Positions 29,773 through 37,687 of a stretch of DNA of 64,000 nucleotides are shown here, in pieces; the first letter of the stretch is position 1; each line of letters opens with the position of its first letter. Below the pieces are notes generated by a model. It did no database searches and was not told the origin of the DNA. It was given only the letters and a program-made list of their open reading frames with translations. This stretch comes from Anaerolineae bacterium. GTDB taxonomy: Bacteria; Chloroflexota; Anaerolineae; VGOG01. A program made the translations under genes and the position numbers. The DNA is taken from assembly GCA_049589355.1 (NCBI GenBank), contig JBAWAP010000323.1, forward strand, positions 24,539 to 88,538, given 5' to 3'.

Positions 29773-30891
29773 ATGGGATTGATCGTGATTCGCTACGGCG
29801 AGATTGGTTTGAAGGGCAAGAACAGGCCGTACTTCGTCAAGCGGCTGCGCAAGAACATCAGAGACTGCCTGAAAAAGAACGGCATGACGGGTGAGGTGCA
29901 CAGCGTCGGGCAGCGCATCTATGTGCAGGTCGAGGACGTGGAGCGGGCCGTCGAGAAGCTGCGGGACGTGTTCGGCGTGGTTTCGCTGAGCCCGGCTCAG
30001 GAGGTTCCGGCCGACATTGAGGCCATCAAGGCAGAGGCCCTGAGTATGGCCGAGCAAGCTGGCCTGGATGAGACGCGAACTTTCCGAGTGCAGAGCCGCC
30101 GGGCCGACAAGTCTTTTTCCCTGATCTCGCCTGAGATCAACCGCCTGGTCGGCGCTCACGTTCAGAAGGCGGCTGGGGCGCGGGTTGACCTCTCCGACGA
30201 GGCTGACCTCACCATCGGCGTCGAGGTGCGTCGGGGCCACGCGCTGGTCTTTGGTCAGACGGTGGCTGGGCATGGGGGATTGCCCTTGGGCACCGAGGGT
30301 CGAGCAGTGGCTTTGATCTCCGGCGGCATTGACTCGCCTGTGGCCGCCTGGCTGATGATGAAGCGGGGGTGTGGGGTGATCCCCATCCACTTTCGCCAGA
30401 GCGAGGTGGAGATGGCGAAGTTCATGGACAACTGTGAGGTCTTGTCTCGCTACGCCTACGGCTGGGACATCCTCCCCATCGTGCTGGATCACCAAGAGGT
30501 TTTTGGCGAAACCTACGAGAAGCTCCGACGCGTCGGTGCGGAGCGCTGGGCCTGCATCTTCTGCAAGCGGACCCTGCTCCAAAAAGCCTGCCAAATCGCC
30601 GATCAGCACAAGGCCAAGGCCCTGGTCATGGGGGACTCGCTGGGCCAGGTGGCCAGCCAGACTCTGGATAATCTGGAGGTCATCTCCTACGGCATCGAAA
30701 AGCCGATCCTGCGCCCTCTCATCGGCCTGGACAAGACGGAGGTCACCGCCCTGGCGCGGCGCATCGGCACCTTTGAGATCTCCACCCGGGAAGCCAGGTC
30801 TTGTCCCTTCTTGCCGCCCGACCCGCTGACCAAGGCCAGTTTGCCAAAACTAAGGGCTGTCATGGAGAAGATGGAAGACAGTGAAGCGTGA
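29773..30891 (+). CDS. thiI: tRNA 4-thiouridine synthase
   Basis: THUMP N-domain and PP-loop SGGIDS. 372 aa, with no rhodanese domain. Confidence 0.9.
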   Translation: MGLIVIRYGEIGLKGKNRPYFVKRLRKNIRDCLKKNGMTGEVHSVGQRIYVQVEDVERAVEKLRDVFGVVSLSPAQEVPADIEAIKAEALSMAEQAGLDETRTFRVQSRRADKSFSLISPEINRLVGAHVQKAAGARVDLSDEADLTIGVEVRRGHALVFGQTVAGHGGLPLGTEGRAVALISGGIDSPVAAWLMMKRGCGVIPIHFRQSEVEMAKFMDNCEVLSRYAYGWDILPIVLDHQEVFGETYEKLRRVGAERWACIFCKRTLLQKACQIADQHKAKALVMGDSLGQVASQTLDNLEVISYGIEKPILRPLIGLDKTEVTALARRIGTFEISTREARSCPFLPPDPLTKASLPKLRAVMEKMEDSEA

Positions 30892-30957
30892 GACGTGATG
30901 CGTGAAGACGTGAAGTGTGTTGCGTGTTCCGTGACGCAGTACGCAATACGCAGCACG
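30881..30957. repeat. Heptamer-tandem hairpin (GTGAAGC/GTGAGAC/GTGATGC... facing CGCAGTA/CGCAATA/CGCAGCA)
   Basis: Read directly. Begins in the last codons of thiI. Confidence 0.8.
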
Positions 30958-30971
30958 GCTCAGGATGAACC

Positions 30972-31493
30972 ATGGGAAAAGTCGAAGAACCCCTGCCAGT
31001 GAAGTTGATAGCTAGCATGTTTGCAGGCAGCGGGGAGCTGCTGGAGGAGGCCAGGGTCAGGTTAAGTCAGGAGTTCGGCCCCATTGATTATGAAAGCGAA
31101 CTCTTGCCCTTTGACCATACCACCTACTATGTGGCGGAGTTCGGGGAGAACCTGAAGCGGAGGTTTGTAGCCTTTGCGGAGCTTGTGCACCCAGGCAAAC
31201 TGACGGAAATCAAGCTGCTGACCAACGCTTTGGAGATGGAATGGGCTGTGGAAGGAAAGCGGCGGATCAACATTGACCCTGGCTACGTCTCCCACTCTAA
31301 GCTGGTCTTGGCCACCACCAAGGATCACGCCCACCGTATCTATCTGGGTCAGGGCATCTACGCCGAGGTGACCCTGCACTTTCGCGACGGCACCTTCCGT
31401 CCCTGGCCGTGGACCTATCCCGACTACGCCAGCCCGCCTCTCATTGCCATCTTCAACCAGATCCGGGGGCTTTACGTGAAGCAATTGCGGTAA
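30972..31493 (+). CDS. Conserved hypothetical protein (resembles DUF4416)
   Basis: 173 aa. PVKLIASMF...INIDPGY...KLVLATTKDHAHRIYL pattern. Family recall is moderate. Confidence 0.5.
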   Translation: MGKVEEPLPVKLIASMFAGSGELLEEARVRLSQEFGPIDYESELLPFDHTTYYVAEFGENLKRRFVAFAELVHPGKLTEIKLLTNALEMEWAVEGKRRINIDPGYVSHSKLVLATTKDHAHRIYLGQGIYAEVTLHFRDGTFRPWPWTYPDYASPPLIAIFNQIRGLYVKQLR

Positions 31494-31499
31494 GCATTC

Positions 31500-31601
31500 A
31501 GACCCTTGGGGTTTTTCCAGGCGAAACTGGGGCCCTGATCTTCCACGGCATTGAGAAATACAATAGAGCCCGCATTTTTGGCGACAAAACCCCAAGGGTC
31601 T
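31500..31601. repeat. 102-nt element closed by a perfect 16-bp inverted repeat
   Basis: AGACCCTTGGGGTTTT (31500-31515) and AAAACCCCAAGGGTCT (31586-31601) flank 70 nt. That interior contains CTTCCACGGCATTGAG. The element lies between convergent genes. Confidence 0.8.
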
Positions 31602-31614
31602 CATAGTGAGAGAG

Positions 31615-32820
31615 CTATTCCTTCGCCACCAACTCCACCTCGGTGACTATGCTCTGGTAGTCCCAGCCTGAGGCGTAGATTCTGATGGAGATAAGGTGAG
31701 CAGGCTTGACGTCCCCCAGGATTTCGATCAGGTTGCCCGATTCGTAGGAATACCAGACATTGCGGGGAATCTCCATGCCGTTGATGATGAGGTAGTTATC
31801 AGGGTTTTCATAGTAAAAGCCCTGAACCCAGTGATTAGGATTTCCGTAGGCGTCTTGGTAGTCCAAGCGGACGATGATGGGGTACTCGGAGTGTAATGTT
31901 CCGCCGCCGGACAGGCTTTGGTAGAGGAGCATGACGGAGAGGCGAAGTTCCAGGGCCCCATAGTCGCGGATGTCCTTATCTATGGTTTGGATGATGCCCG
32001 TCTCTCCGTGGTGGATGTTCCCCCCCAAGCGCTGGAAGAGCACTGCCTGGCGAGCGCCGCTGGTGATGATCTCCACCCGGCCGCTGGCCTCGTTGGGGTC
32101 ATCCCGGTCATCATAAGAGACCCAGCCCTTTTCCAGGGGCTCTCTGAAGTCACCGTTACCGATGATGTTTCGCTCCGCTGGCAGGGGACCTAGGGGCTCT
32201 CTGCCGATTTCCACCGTTGTCCTCTCTCCCCGCCCCAGTTCTACCGTCTTCCCCATGGCTGTGACCTTTGCTCGTCCGTCGCGCACGGTCAAGTGGAATT
32301 CCTCGCTGCTCACTTCTATCGAGTAGCTCCCGTCCTCCTCCAGCTCGACTGCAGCGTGGGGGGTTCGCACCAGGAAGTCCAGGGGGGATTTCATTGGTGG
32401 CGCCACGCCGATTCTGACTCTCCCGCCCGTCACTTCCAGGACGATGGTGTCGGGCTTGGGGCTGAAGTCGAATCTGGGTGACTGCGTCTTCAGGATGACC
32501 ACTTGGGTCTTGTTGTAGAGTTGCAGCGTGCTATCCTTGAAAAACTCCAGGAAAGCTTGCGATGTGGCATCGGTAGTGATGGTGGATCCTTCCAATACAT
32601 CGTCCTTGGTGCCTGTTACAGCAAAGGGCACACTAGCGTTCGGCTCCTGCACCTGAACGGTGCCCTTAACGGCCGCCAGGGACGTCTTGTGGACCTGGGT
32701 GGCATTGATAAGGTACCAACGGATGCCAAGGGGGATGCTCACCGCCAGGAAGCAGAAGATGGCGAAGGCAATGGAGAGGGTTATCCAGGCCAGCCTCGCA
32801 GGGTTCTTTCTCAGACTCAT
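31615..32820 (-). CDS. Membrane-anchored protein, possibly with a FecR-like domain
   Basis: N-terminal TM anchor followed by beta-rich extracytoplasmic domains. 401 aa. Family assignment is weak. Confidence 0.4.
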   Translation of the reverse strand: MSLRKNPARLAWITLSIAFAIFCFLAVSIPLGIRWYLINATQVHKTSLAAVKGTVQVQEPNASVPFAVTGTKDDVLEGSTITTDATSQAFLEFFKDSTLQLYNKTQVVILKTQSPRFDFSPKPDTIVLEVTGGRVRIGVAPPMKSPLDFLVRTPHAAVELEEDGSYSIEVSSEEFHLTVRDGRAKVTAMGKTVELGRGERTTVEIGREPLGPLPAERNIIGNGDFREPLEKGWVSYDDRDDPNEASGRVEIITSGARQAVLFQRLGGNIHHGETGIIQTIDKDIRDYGALELRLSVMLLYQSLSGGGTLHSEYPIIVRLDYQDAYGNPNHWVQGFYYENPDNYLIINGMEIPRNVWYSYESGNLIEILGDVKPAHLISIRIYASGWDYQSIVTEVELVAKE

Positions 32821-32821
32821 T

Positions 32822-33766
32822 CTATCTCCACAGCCAGATCAGTCTGGCTCTCCTCTCGTCTAGCCGGTTCAGCCCTGCTTCGTGGGCCAGGCGCACCGCT
32901 TCCGCGTACTCTTCGGAGGTGATGCGGCGGTTCAGAGAAGGCAATTCGTGCCCTTTGTAGCAGGGGTGGTACTGGTCCATAAGGTTAAGGTAAGTGTTGG
33001 TGGAGACCTCTTGGGCCAGAAACTTTACGATCTCGGCCGTGCCGGCCAGCCCCTCAGGGAGTACCAGGTGGCGCACCAGCAGCCCTTGCAAAGCCACTCC
33101 CCGCTCGTCCAAAACCAAATCCCCTACCTGGCGGTGCATTTCTTTCATCGCCGCCTGGTTTATGGTCGGGTAGTTCTTTACCTTCGAGTAGCGCAGGGCT
33201 ACATCGGCGTCGGCGTACTTCATGTCGGGCATGTAGATGTCCACGATGCCGTCCAACAGGGCCAGGGTCTTCAGAGAATCGTAGCCGCCGGTGTTGTAGA
33301 CCAGGAGCAGGCGCAGGCCAGCCTCGGCGGCGATGAGCAGCCCGGCCAGAATCTGGGGCACCACGTGGGTGGGGGAGACGAAGTTGATGTTGTGGCAGCC
33401 CAGGTCTTGCAGGTGCAGCATCATGGCGGCCAGTGCCTCTGGCTCCACCTCTCGCCCCTGGCCCAGTTGGCTGATCTCGTAGTTCTGGCAGTACTGGCAG
33501 TTCAGGTTGCACCAGGCGAAGAAAATCGTCCCGGAGCCGCCCCGGCCGACCAGGGGCGCTTCCTCCCCGAAGTGGGGGTTGTAGCTAGAGACGAAGGCTC
33601 GCTCCCCCGTGCGGCAGACGGCCCCCTTGGCGCTCTCCCTGCGGTTCACGCCGCACTCCCTGGGGCAAACATCGCACGCCTCCAGTCGCTGATACGCCTC
33701 CTTGACCCGCTCCCTCAGCTCGCCGGAGCGGAGGAGTTTGAGGTATGCGGGTTCGAAATTCCCCAT
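32822..33766 (-). CDS. Radical SAM enzyme, PflX/YjjW-like activase family
   Basis: CNLNCQYCQN cluster motif. The ATG at 33766 overlaps the stop of the upstream gene (TGATG). Confidence 0.8.
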   Translation of the reverse strand: MGNFEPAYLKLLRSGELRERVKEAYQRLEACDVCPRECGVNRRESAKGAVCRTGERAFVSSYNPHFGEEAPLVGRGGSGTIFFAWCNLNCQYCQNYEISQLGQGREVEPEALAAMMLHLQDLGCHNINFVSPTHVVPQILAGLLIAAEAGLRLLLVYNTGGYDSLKTLALLDGIVDIYMPDMKYADADVALRYSKVKNYPTINQAAMKEMHRQVGDLVLDERGVALQGLLVRHLVLPEGLAGTAEIVKFLAQEVSTNTYLNLMDQYHPCYKGHELPSLNRRITSEEYAEAVRLAHEAGLNRLDERRARLIWLWR

Positions 33767-34401
33767 CACGTCAAGTTTCCCGCTTCTTTTCTAGCCGTCT
33801 GCTTTAAGTGCTCCCAGAGCGCCGTCACCTCTAGTCCCAGAGCTTTGGCGTGCCGCTCCACGTAGCTTTCATCGAAGCTGGCTTTCAAGGCTGGGTCTTC
33901 ACCCAGGTAGATGAAGACCAGGATGCCGTAGATATCCTCCTCGTGTCGGCGCGAGCGGCCTTCTACCCAGGCCATCAGCTTGCCTACGATGACGTCCTCT
34001 GGTCGTGCGAGCCAGGCCTCGAATTGTGCCCCGCTTGGATCCTCGACGGTGCGTTGAACTCGGCGAGTCAGGGCTTCACGATAGCGGGGATCCATGGTTA
34101 GCGGCACCAGGTCCACCTTCTGTCCTCGCTCAGTGTCAATCAGGTTGAACAGGATTCCGAGGCGAATGGAATCCCGCATCTGCTCAGGGTCGGCGTAGTA
34201 GCGCGGGGGCGGATAGCGCTTCGCTAAAGCCAGAATGTGAGCTTCCTGGAGGTCCACGACGATGTCAATGTCGTAGGTCACCCTGGTGCTGCCATAAGCT
34301 GCTGCGGCGAAACCGCCGATGATCACATACGGCGCACCGATCTCCTCCAGCGTCTGTAAGGCATCGAAGTAGAAGCTGGGAATAGCCTCTCGATCAGTCA
34401 T
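33766..34401 (-). CDS. Nucleotidyltransferase-fold protein (TA/defence-type)
   Basis: IIGGFAAAAYGSTRVTYDIDIVV (G-S...DxD) minimal nucleotidyltransferase signature. 211 aa. Confidence 0.65.
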   Translation of the reverse strand: MTDREAIPSFYFDALQTLEEIGAPYVIIGGFAAAAYGSTRVTYDIDIVVDLQEAHILALAKRYPPPRYYADPEQMRDSIRLGILFNLIDTERGQKVDLVPLTMDPRYREALTRRVQRTVEDPSGAQFEAWLARPEDVIVGKLMAWVEGRSRRHEEDIYGILVFIYLGEDPALKASFDESYVERHAKALGLEVTALWEHLKQTARKEAGNLT

Positions 34402-34609
34402 TGGAGCTCACTTCCTTCAATACCAGCAAATTGATCTCTCGTCGTGAGAGGTGTGGGTATTGGTGGCGCAATCGTCCTCGGACGATGTTCATGGCCAAGG
34501 CTTGAGCCTCCAGCATGGTGCGCACTCGCTTCGCCGCTGGCACTCGCGCCAGCAGTCGCAATTGATCAAGGTCCAAAGGTCCCCAAGGGCTCGCCCTTGT
34601 TTCTGTCAT
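34394..34609 (-). CDS. Small partner protein of the nucleotidyltransferase
   Basis: 71 aa from ATG 34609 (MTETRASPWG...). Overlaps the nucleotidyltransferase start by 8 nt. The longer ORF start lies in the relic copy in another frame. Confidence 0.5.
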   Translation of the reverse strand: MTETRASPWGPLDLDQLRLLARVPAAKRVRTMLEAQALAMNIVRGRLRHQYPHLSRREINLLVLKEVSSND

Positions 34610-34746
34610 CACTTGCTCCTGCGGTTTACGCCGCACTCCCTGGGGCAGACATCGCACGCCTCCAGCCGCTTATATGCCTCCTTGACCCGCTCCTTCAGCT
34701 CGCCGGAGCGGAGGAGTTTGAGATATGCGGGTTCGAAATGGGTCAT
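34609..34746 (-). pseudogene. Relic 5' fragment (45 codons) of the radical-SAM gene
   Basis: 34621-34746 matches 33641-33766 with about 7 substitutions over the ~117 nt up to the codon-3 divergence. Encodes MTHFEPAYLKLLRSGELKERVKEAYKRLEACDVCPRECGVNR and then stops. Its TGA overlaps the next ATG. Confidence 0.85.
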
Positions 34747-34814
34747 TTCACTTCTCGCTCGGAATTTCGCTGAGACCGGCCTAGCTGTGGGCTAGGACGG
34801 AAGTAGCGAACCTG

Positions 34815-35918
34815 TCAAGACATGATCTGCTTCTCACAGTACTCTTCAAAAGTCCCAAAGGGGACCGGGTCTTCTTGAAAGAAATGTCCTAGGAAGCTGA
34901 GTACTTTCTCGCGCACATCTGACTTTGGTTCAACCAATGTCAGGGTTGGACGCCATGGGTTGTTGGCAATAGCGCGTTTGAATAGCCACTTTGCCTCAAT
35001 GTCCGCATCTGGAAAAGAATACCCGATTACAGTGAGGGTATCCGCTCTCTCAAGGAAGTGCTCAGCACGATGCCACATACCGACCAGTTCTGGTATATCC
35101 ATCTGTTTTAGCAAAGTGGGGGGCACCAACACAGGGACCAGATGTGCATTTCCACATGACAGACACGACTGGTCAGATATTTGTCGGTATCTTCGGAAGT
35201 AGGCAAGGAACAACCGCTGGCAATGCGGACAGCGCGCCCAATTGAGTGATCCATGAAGCTTCAAGAGGTCAACATCTTCTTTCCTTCTTTGCTTGGAAAG
35301 CAGCCTTTCATACCCTGGACAGTTTTCCACCTCTGCAAACTCAATGTTGTAATCGCCCAGTATCCCATGATTGTTTATTGACATAGCTTGATCCAAGAAG
35401 AGATCATAGTTAAAGGTGATCATGCAATTGATCTCATCAACATGCATAATGTAATCAACAAGTTTGTCGTAACAATTTCGATTGTGGTCAAGAGTTCCAT
35501 CTTCGAGTCTTCTAAGGCAGTCAGAGTAGTATATGAGCGTTGTCTGCTCTAATGTCGTGAAGATGAATTCATGGAGCGCATCTTGCAAGCCTTCAAAAGG
35601 CAGCCAGGTTTCACGATGTCGCAGCCCCAAATCCACGAAGGAAAGCAGATCTTCGATGTTGACAGAAGGGATGTCGAATGGTCTCCAGATATGGTCAGGG
35701 CCAAGTGCGTCCTCAGTATACGTTTCCAATCTGCTGCCGTAGAGCCTGTCTATAAGTTGTGCTACCATTCTAAACTTTCGTGTTGACACGTCGTAGGCGT
35801 CAGGAAACGGAAGTAGCCAGAAGCCCTCGGACAAGAAGTCCTTTGTTAGTGGTGCCCCCACGTGTTTAGACGCACCAGCTCCAAAGACATATATGTTTAC
35901 CTTTGAGCCATTGATCAT
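34815..35918 (-). CDS. SIR2-family (SIR2_2-like) protein with Zn-ribbon
   Basis: N-terminal IYVFGAGAS NAD-binding motif, LKLHGSLNW catalytic-His motif, CPHC...CLSCG. Visibly lower GC than the flanks. Confidence 0.75.
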   Translation of the reverse strand: MINGSKVNIYVFGAGASKHVGAPLTKDFLSEGFWLLPFPDAYDVSTRKFRMVAQLIDRLYGSRLETYTEDALGPDHIWRPFDIPSVNIEDLLSFVDLGLRHRETWLPFEGLQDALHEFIFTTLEQTTLIYYSDCLRRLEDGTLDHNRNCYDKLVDYIMHVDEINCMITFNYDLFLDQAMSINNHGILGDYNIEFAEVENCPGYERLLSKQRRKEDVDLLKLHGSLNWARCPHCQRLFLAYFRRYRQISDQSCLSCGNAHLVPVLVPPTLLKQMDIPELVGMWHRAEHFLERADTLTVIGYSFPDADIEAKWLFKRAIANNPWRPTLTLVEPKSDVREKVLSFLGHFFQEDPVPFGTFEEYCEKQIMS

Positions 35919-35933
35919 GTTGTAGCGTCTCCT

Positions 35934-36056
35934 TTAATGCCTGCGCTTCTTGCGCGGACGAGCCGTAAACTGGGACGGCTGGGTCGATCCTCCCGATTGC
36001 GCGATTCTTCGCGTCCGTTCCCTCTGGTAATCGCGAATCTCTTTCGCCAGTGGATG
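35934..36056 (-). repeat. Direct repeat R1: relic gene 3' end (...HPLAKEIRDYQRERTRR...RPRKKRRH*)
   Basis: About 89% identical (13/123 mismatches, hand count) to 36233-36355. No usable start codon. Its stop lies 15 nt before the SIR2 ATG. Confidence 0.8.
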
Positions 36057-36067
36057 GCGACTAGAAT

Positions 36068-36117
36068 CACTGAAGCCACTGACAAACACTGAGCACACTG
36101 ATTCAGTGTCTTCAGTG
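36068..36117. repeat. Heptamer-type hairpin (CACTGAA units / TTCAGTG)
   Basis: CACTGAAGCCACTGACAAACACTGAGCACACTGATTCAGTGTCTTCAGTG. Confidence 0.8.
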
Positions 36118-36120
36118 TTT

Positions 36121-36189
36121 TCACCAATTCACCGGCGCTCTCCTTATCCTCCAGCGCCGCTCCCAATACTGGACGCACTTGTTTTGCCT
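36121..36189 (-). pseudogene. Relic 3' end of a DEDD-exonuclease gene
   Basis: 84% identical (11/69 mismatches) to the 3' end of the intact exonuclease gene (37154-37222). In-frame translation RQNKCVQYWERRWRIRRAPVNW* compares with RQNKYVQYRDRQWRIKRVPVNW*. Confidence 0.8.
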
Positions 36190-36232
36190 CGAAGGCGGCC
36201 CAAGGATGTTGTTGGAAGTAGGGATTTACCGC

Positions 36233-36355
36233 TTAATGCCTCCGTCTTTTGCGCGGGCGAGCGGTAAACTGCGACGACTTGGCCGATCCTCCCGATTGCA
36301 CGATTCTTCGCGTCCGTTCCCTCTGGTAAGCGCGAATCTCTTTCGCCAGTGGATG
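36233..36355 (-). repeat. Direct repeat R2: second relic copy of the same gene 3' end
   Basis: Encodes ...ILSRHPLAKEIRAYQRERTRRIVQSGGSAKSSQFTARPRKRRRH*. An in-frame TGA lies upstream and there is no start codon. Confidence 0.8.
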
Positions 36356-36451
36356 ACGGGAGAGAATCCGCAGGTGGGTGATGGAAACGATGATTCTCTC
36401 AGTTCACCAGCCGCTTAATCTCCAGCTTCGGCGCGCCAAAGTCACGGTGGG

Positions 36452-36754
36452 TTATCGCAGTCTCTTTCCTTTCGTCTTGATCTCCCAGGCCAGGGGGTGC
36501 TCGTCGCAAAACTGCTCAGGACGGAAGCGGACTGGCTCAATCCGGGGGTCACTGCGCAGCAAGGCATCCACGATCTTCTGGTGGTCTTCCAGCCAGTCGC
36601 CGGTGAAATCCCCTGAGATCAGAGCGACATCAATGTCACTGTCAGGACGAACCGTTCCCTCAGCATGGGAGCCATACAGATAGGCCGATACCAGACGAAG
36701 GCCTGAGCCTTCGACCTCCTCCAAGAAGCGAGTAACTGCTTTTTCAACATCCAC
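36452..36754 (-). CDS. MNT-type minimal nucleotidyltransferase
   Basis: LYGSHAEG...DSDIDV signature. 100 aa. C-terminus is HPLAWEIKTKGKRLR. Confidence 0.75.
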   Translation of the reverse strand: MDVEKAVTRFLEEVEGSGLRLVSAYLYGSHAEGTVRPDSDIDVALISGDFTGDWLEDHQKIVDALLRSDPRIEPVRFRPEQFCDEHPLAWEIKTKGKRLR

Positions 36755-37019
36755 CTGTGATTACTCCATCCTGTTCTTCAGTCGTTGTGGTGGACATTTT
36801 AGGCGAGGACGATTCCTGTCGAGCCTGGGTTACTAGCCGTTCCAGAATGGCAGAGGCAGCCAGGATGGCATCCTCTGGCTCTTCCTCGCGGTTCAGCAGA
36901 TTGTCTATGATGAGCTCCATTTGATCGAATGAGGTGATGTCCACCAGAACGGCTTTTGCCTCGCCACCTTCGTAAACGATGGGAAAGCGGTCTCGGATCC
37001 AGAAAGTCGTTTCGGCCAT
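36744..37019 (-). CDS. Small partner protein (Phd/YefM-like antitoxin fold suspected)
   Basis: 91 aa. Overlaps the MNT start by 11 nt. PIVYEGGEAKAVLVDITSFDQMELIIDNL pattern. Confidence 0.5.
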   Translation of the reverse strand: MAETTFWIRDRFPIVYEGGEAKAVLVDITSFDQMELIIDNLLNREEEPEDAILAASAILERLVTQARQESSSPKMSTTTTEEQDGVITGGC

Positions 37020-37153
37020 GATTCATCTCCTGCTTTTAATCGTTACGCCAGATGTGGCGCAGCTTATCCTTACTGCGGCCAGCACATCCACGATCTTGAT
37101 TACGTATATTGTACCACAATCAGCATCACAACGAAAGGGGAAAGCCGCATCCC

Positions 37154-37687
37154 TCACCAGTTCACCGGCACCCTCTTGATCCTCCACTGCCGGTCCCGAT
37201 ACTGGACGTACTTGTTCTGCCTGCCAAATTCGTAGAGCTGCCTGGTGATCTCCACGTCCTGTTGGCAGTAGTCGAAAAGCTCCTGCATCTTGCCCTGACG
37301 CCACCAGCGGATGGCCTGCATCCCGTCGGCTGACTTCGTTGTTCCTAGAGTGGCGCTGGCCAGAGCGTCGAGGCTCAGGCGGAAGCCCAGGGTTCGGTAG
37401 ACATCATCCAGTATGTCCACCGTGGGGAACTGGCGGAGGGGATAGTCGGTGTAGGCCCTCAGCACCTCGTAGTCGAAGCGTACCACGTTGAAGCCTACCA
37501 CGAGATCCGCCGCCTTCAACTCCTCGATGAGCTCGGCTACGTTGTCTTCGGTGTAGTGGTGATACTCGCCATCGGCGGTCGAATAGGTCACCGCCACCGA
37601 CAGGCTCAGGTGCCGAATGTTGTGCCGGCCTCCCACTTCCTGAAAGCTCCGCCGGGTCTCCAGGTCGAAGAAGACGATGGTCTTCAC
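37154..37687 (-). CDS. DEDDy-type 3'-5' exonuclease (RNase H-like fold)
   Basis: FFDLET (Exo I), GFNVVRFD (Exo II), YCQQD (Exo III). 177 aa. 4-nt overlap with the upstream SNF2 gene. Confidence 0.75.
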   Translation of the reverse strand: MKTIVFFDLETRRSFQEVGGRHNIRHLSLSVAVTYSTADGEYHHYTEDNVAELIEELKAADLVVGFNVVRFDYEVLRAYTDYPLRQFPTVDILDDVYRTLGFRLSLDALASATLGTTKSADGMQAIRWWRQGKMQELFDYCQQDVEITRQLYEFGRQNKYVQYRDRQWRIKRVPVNW

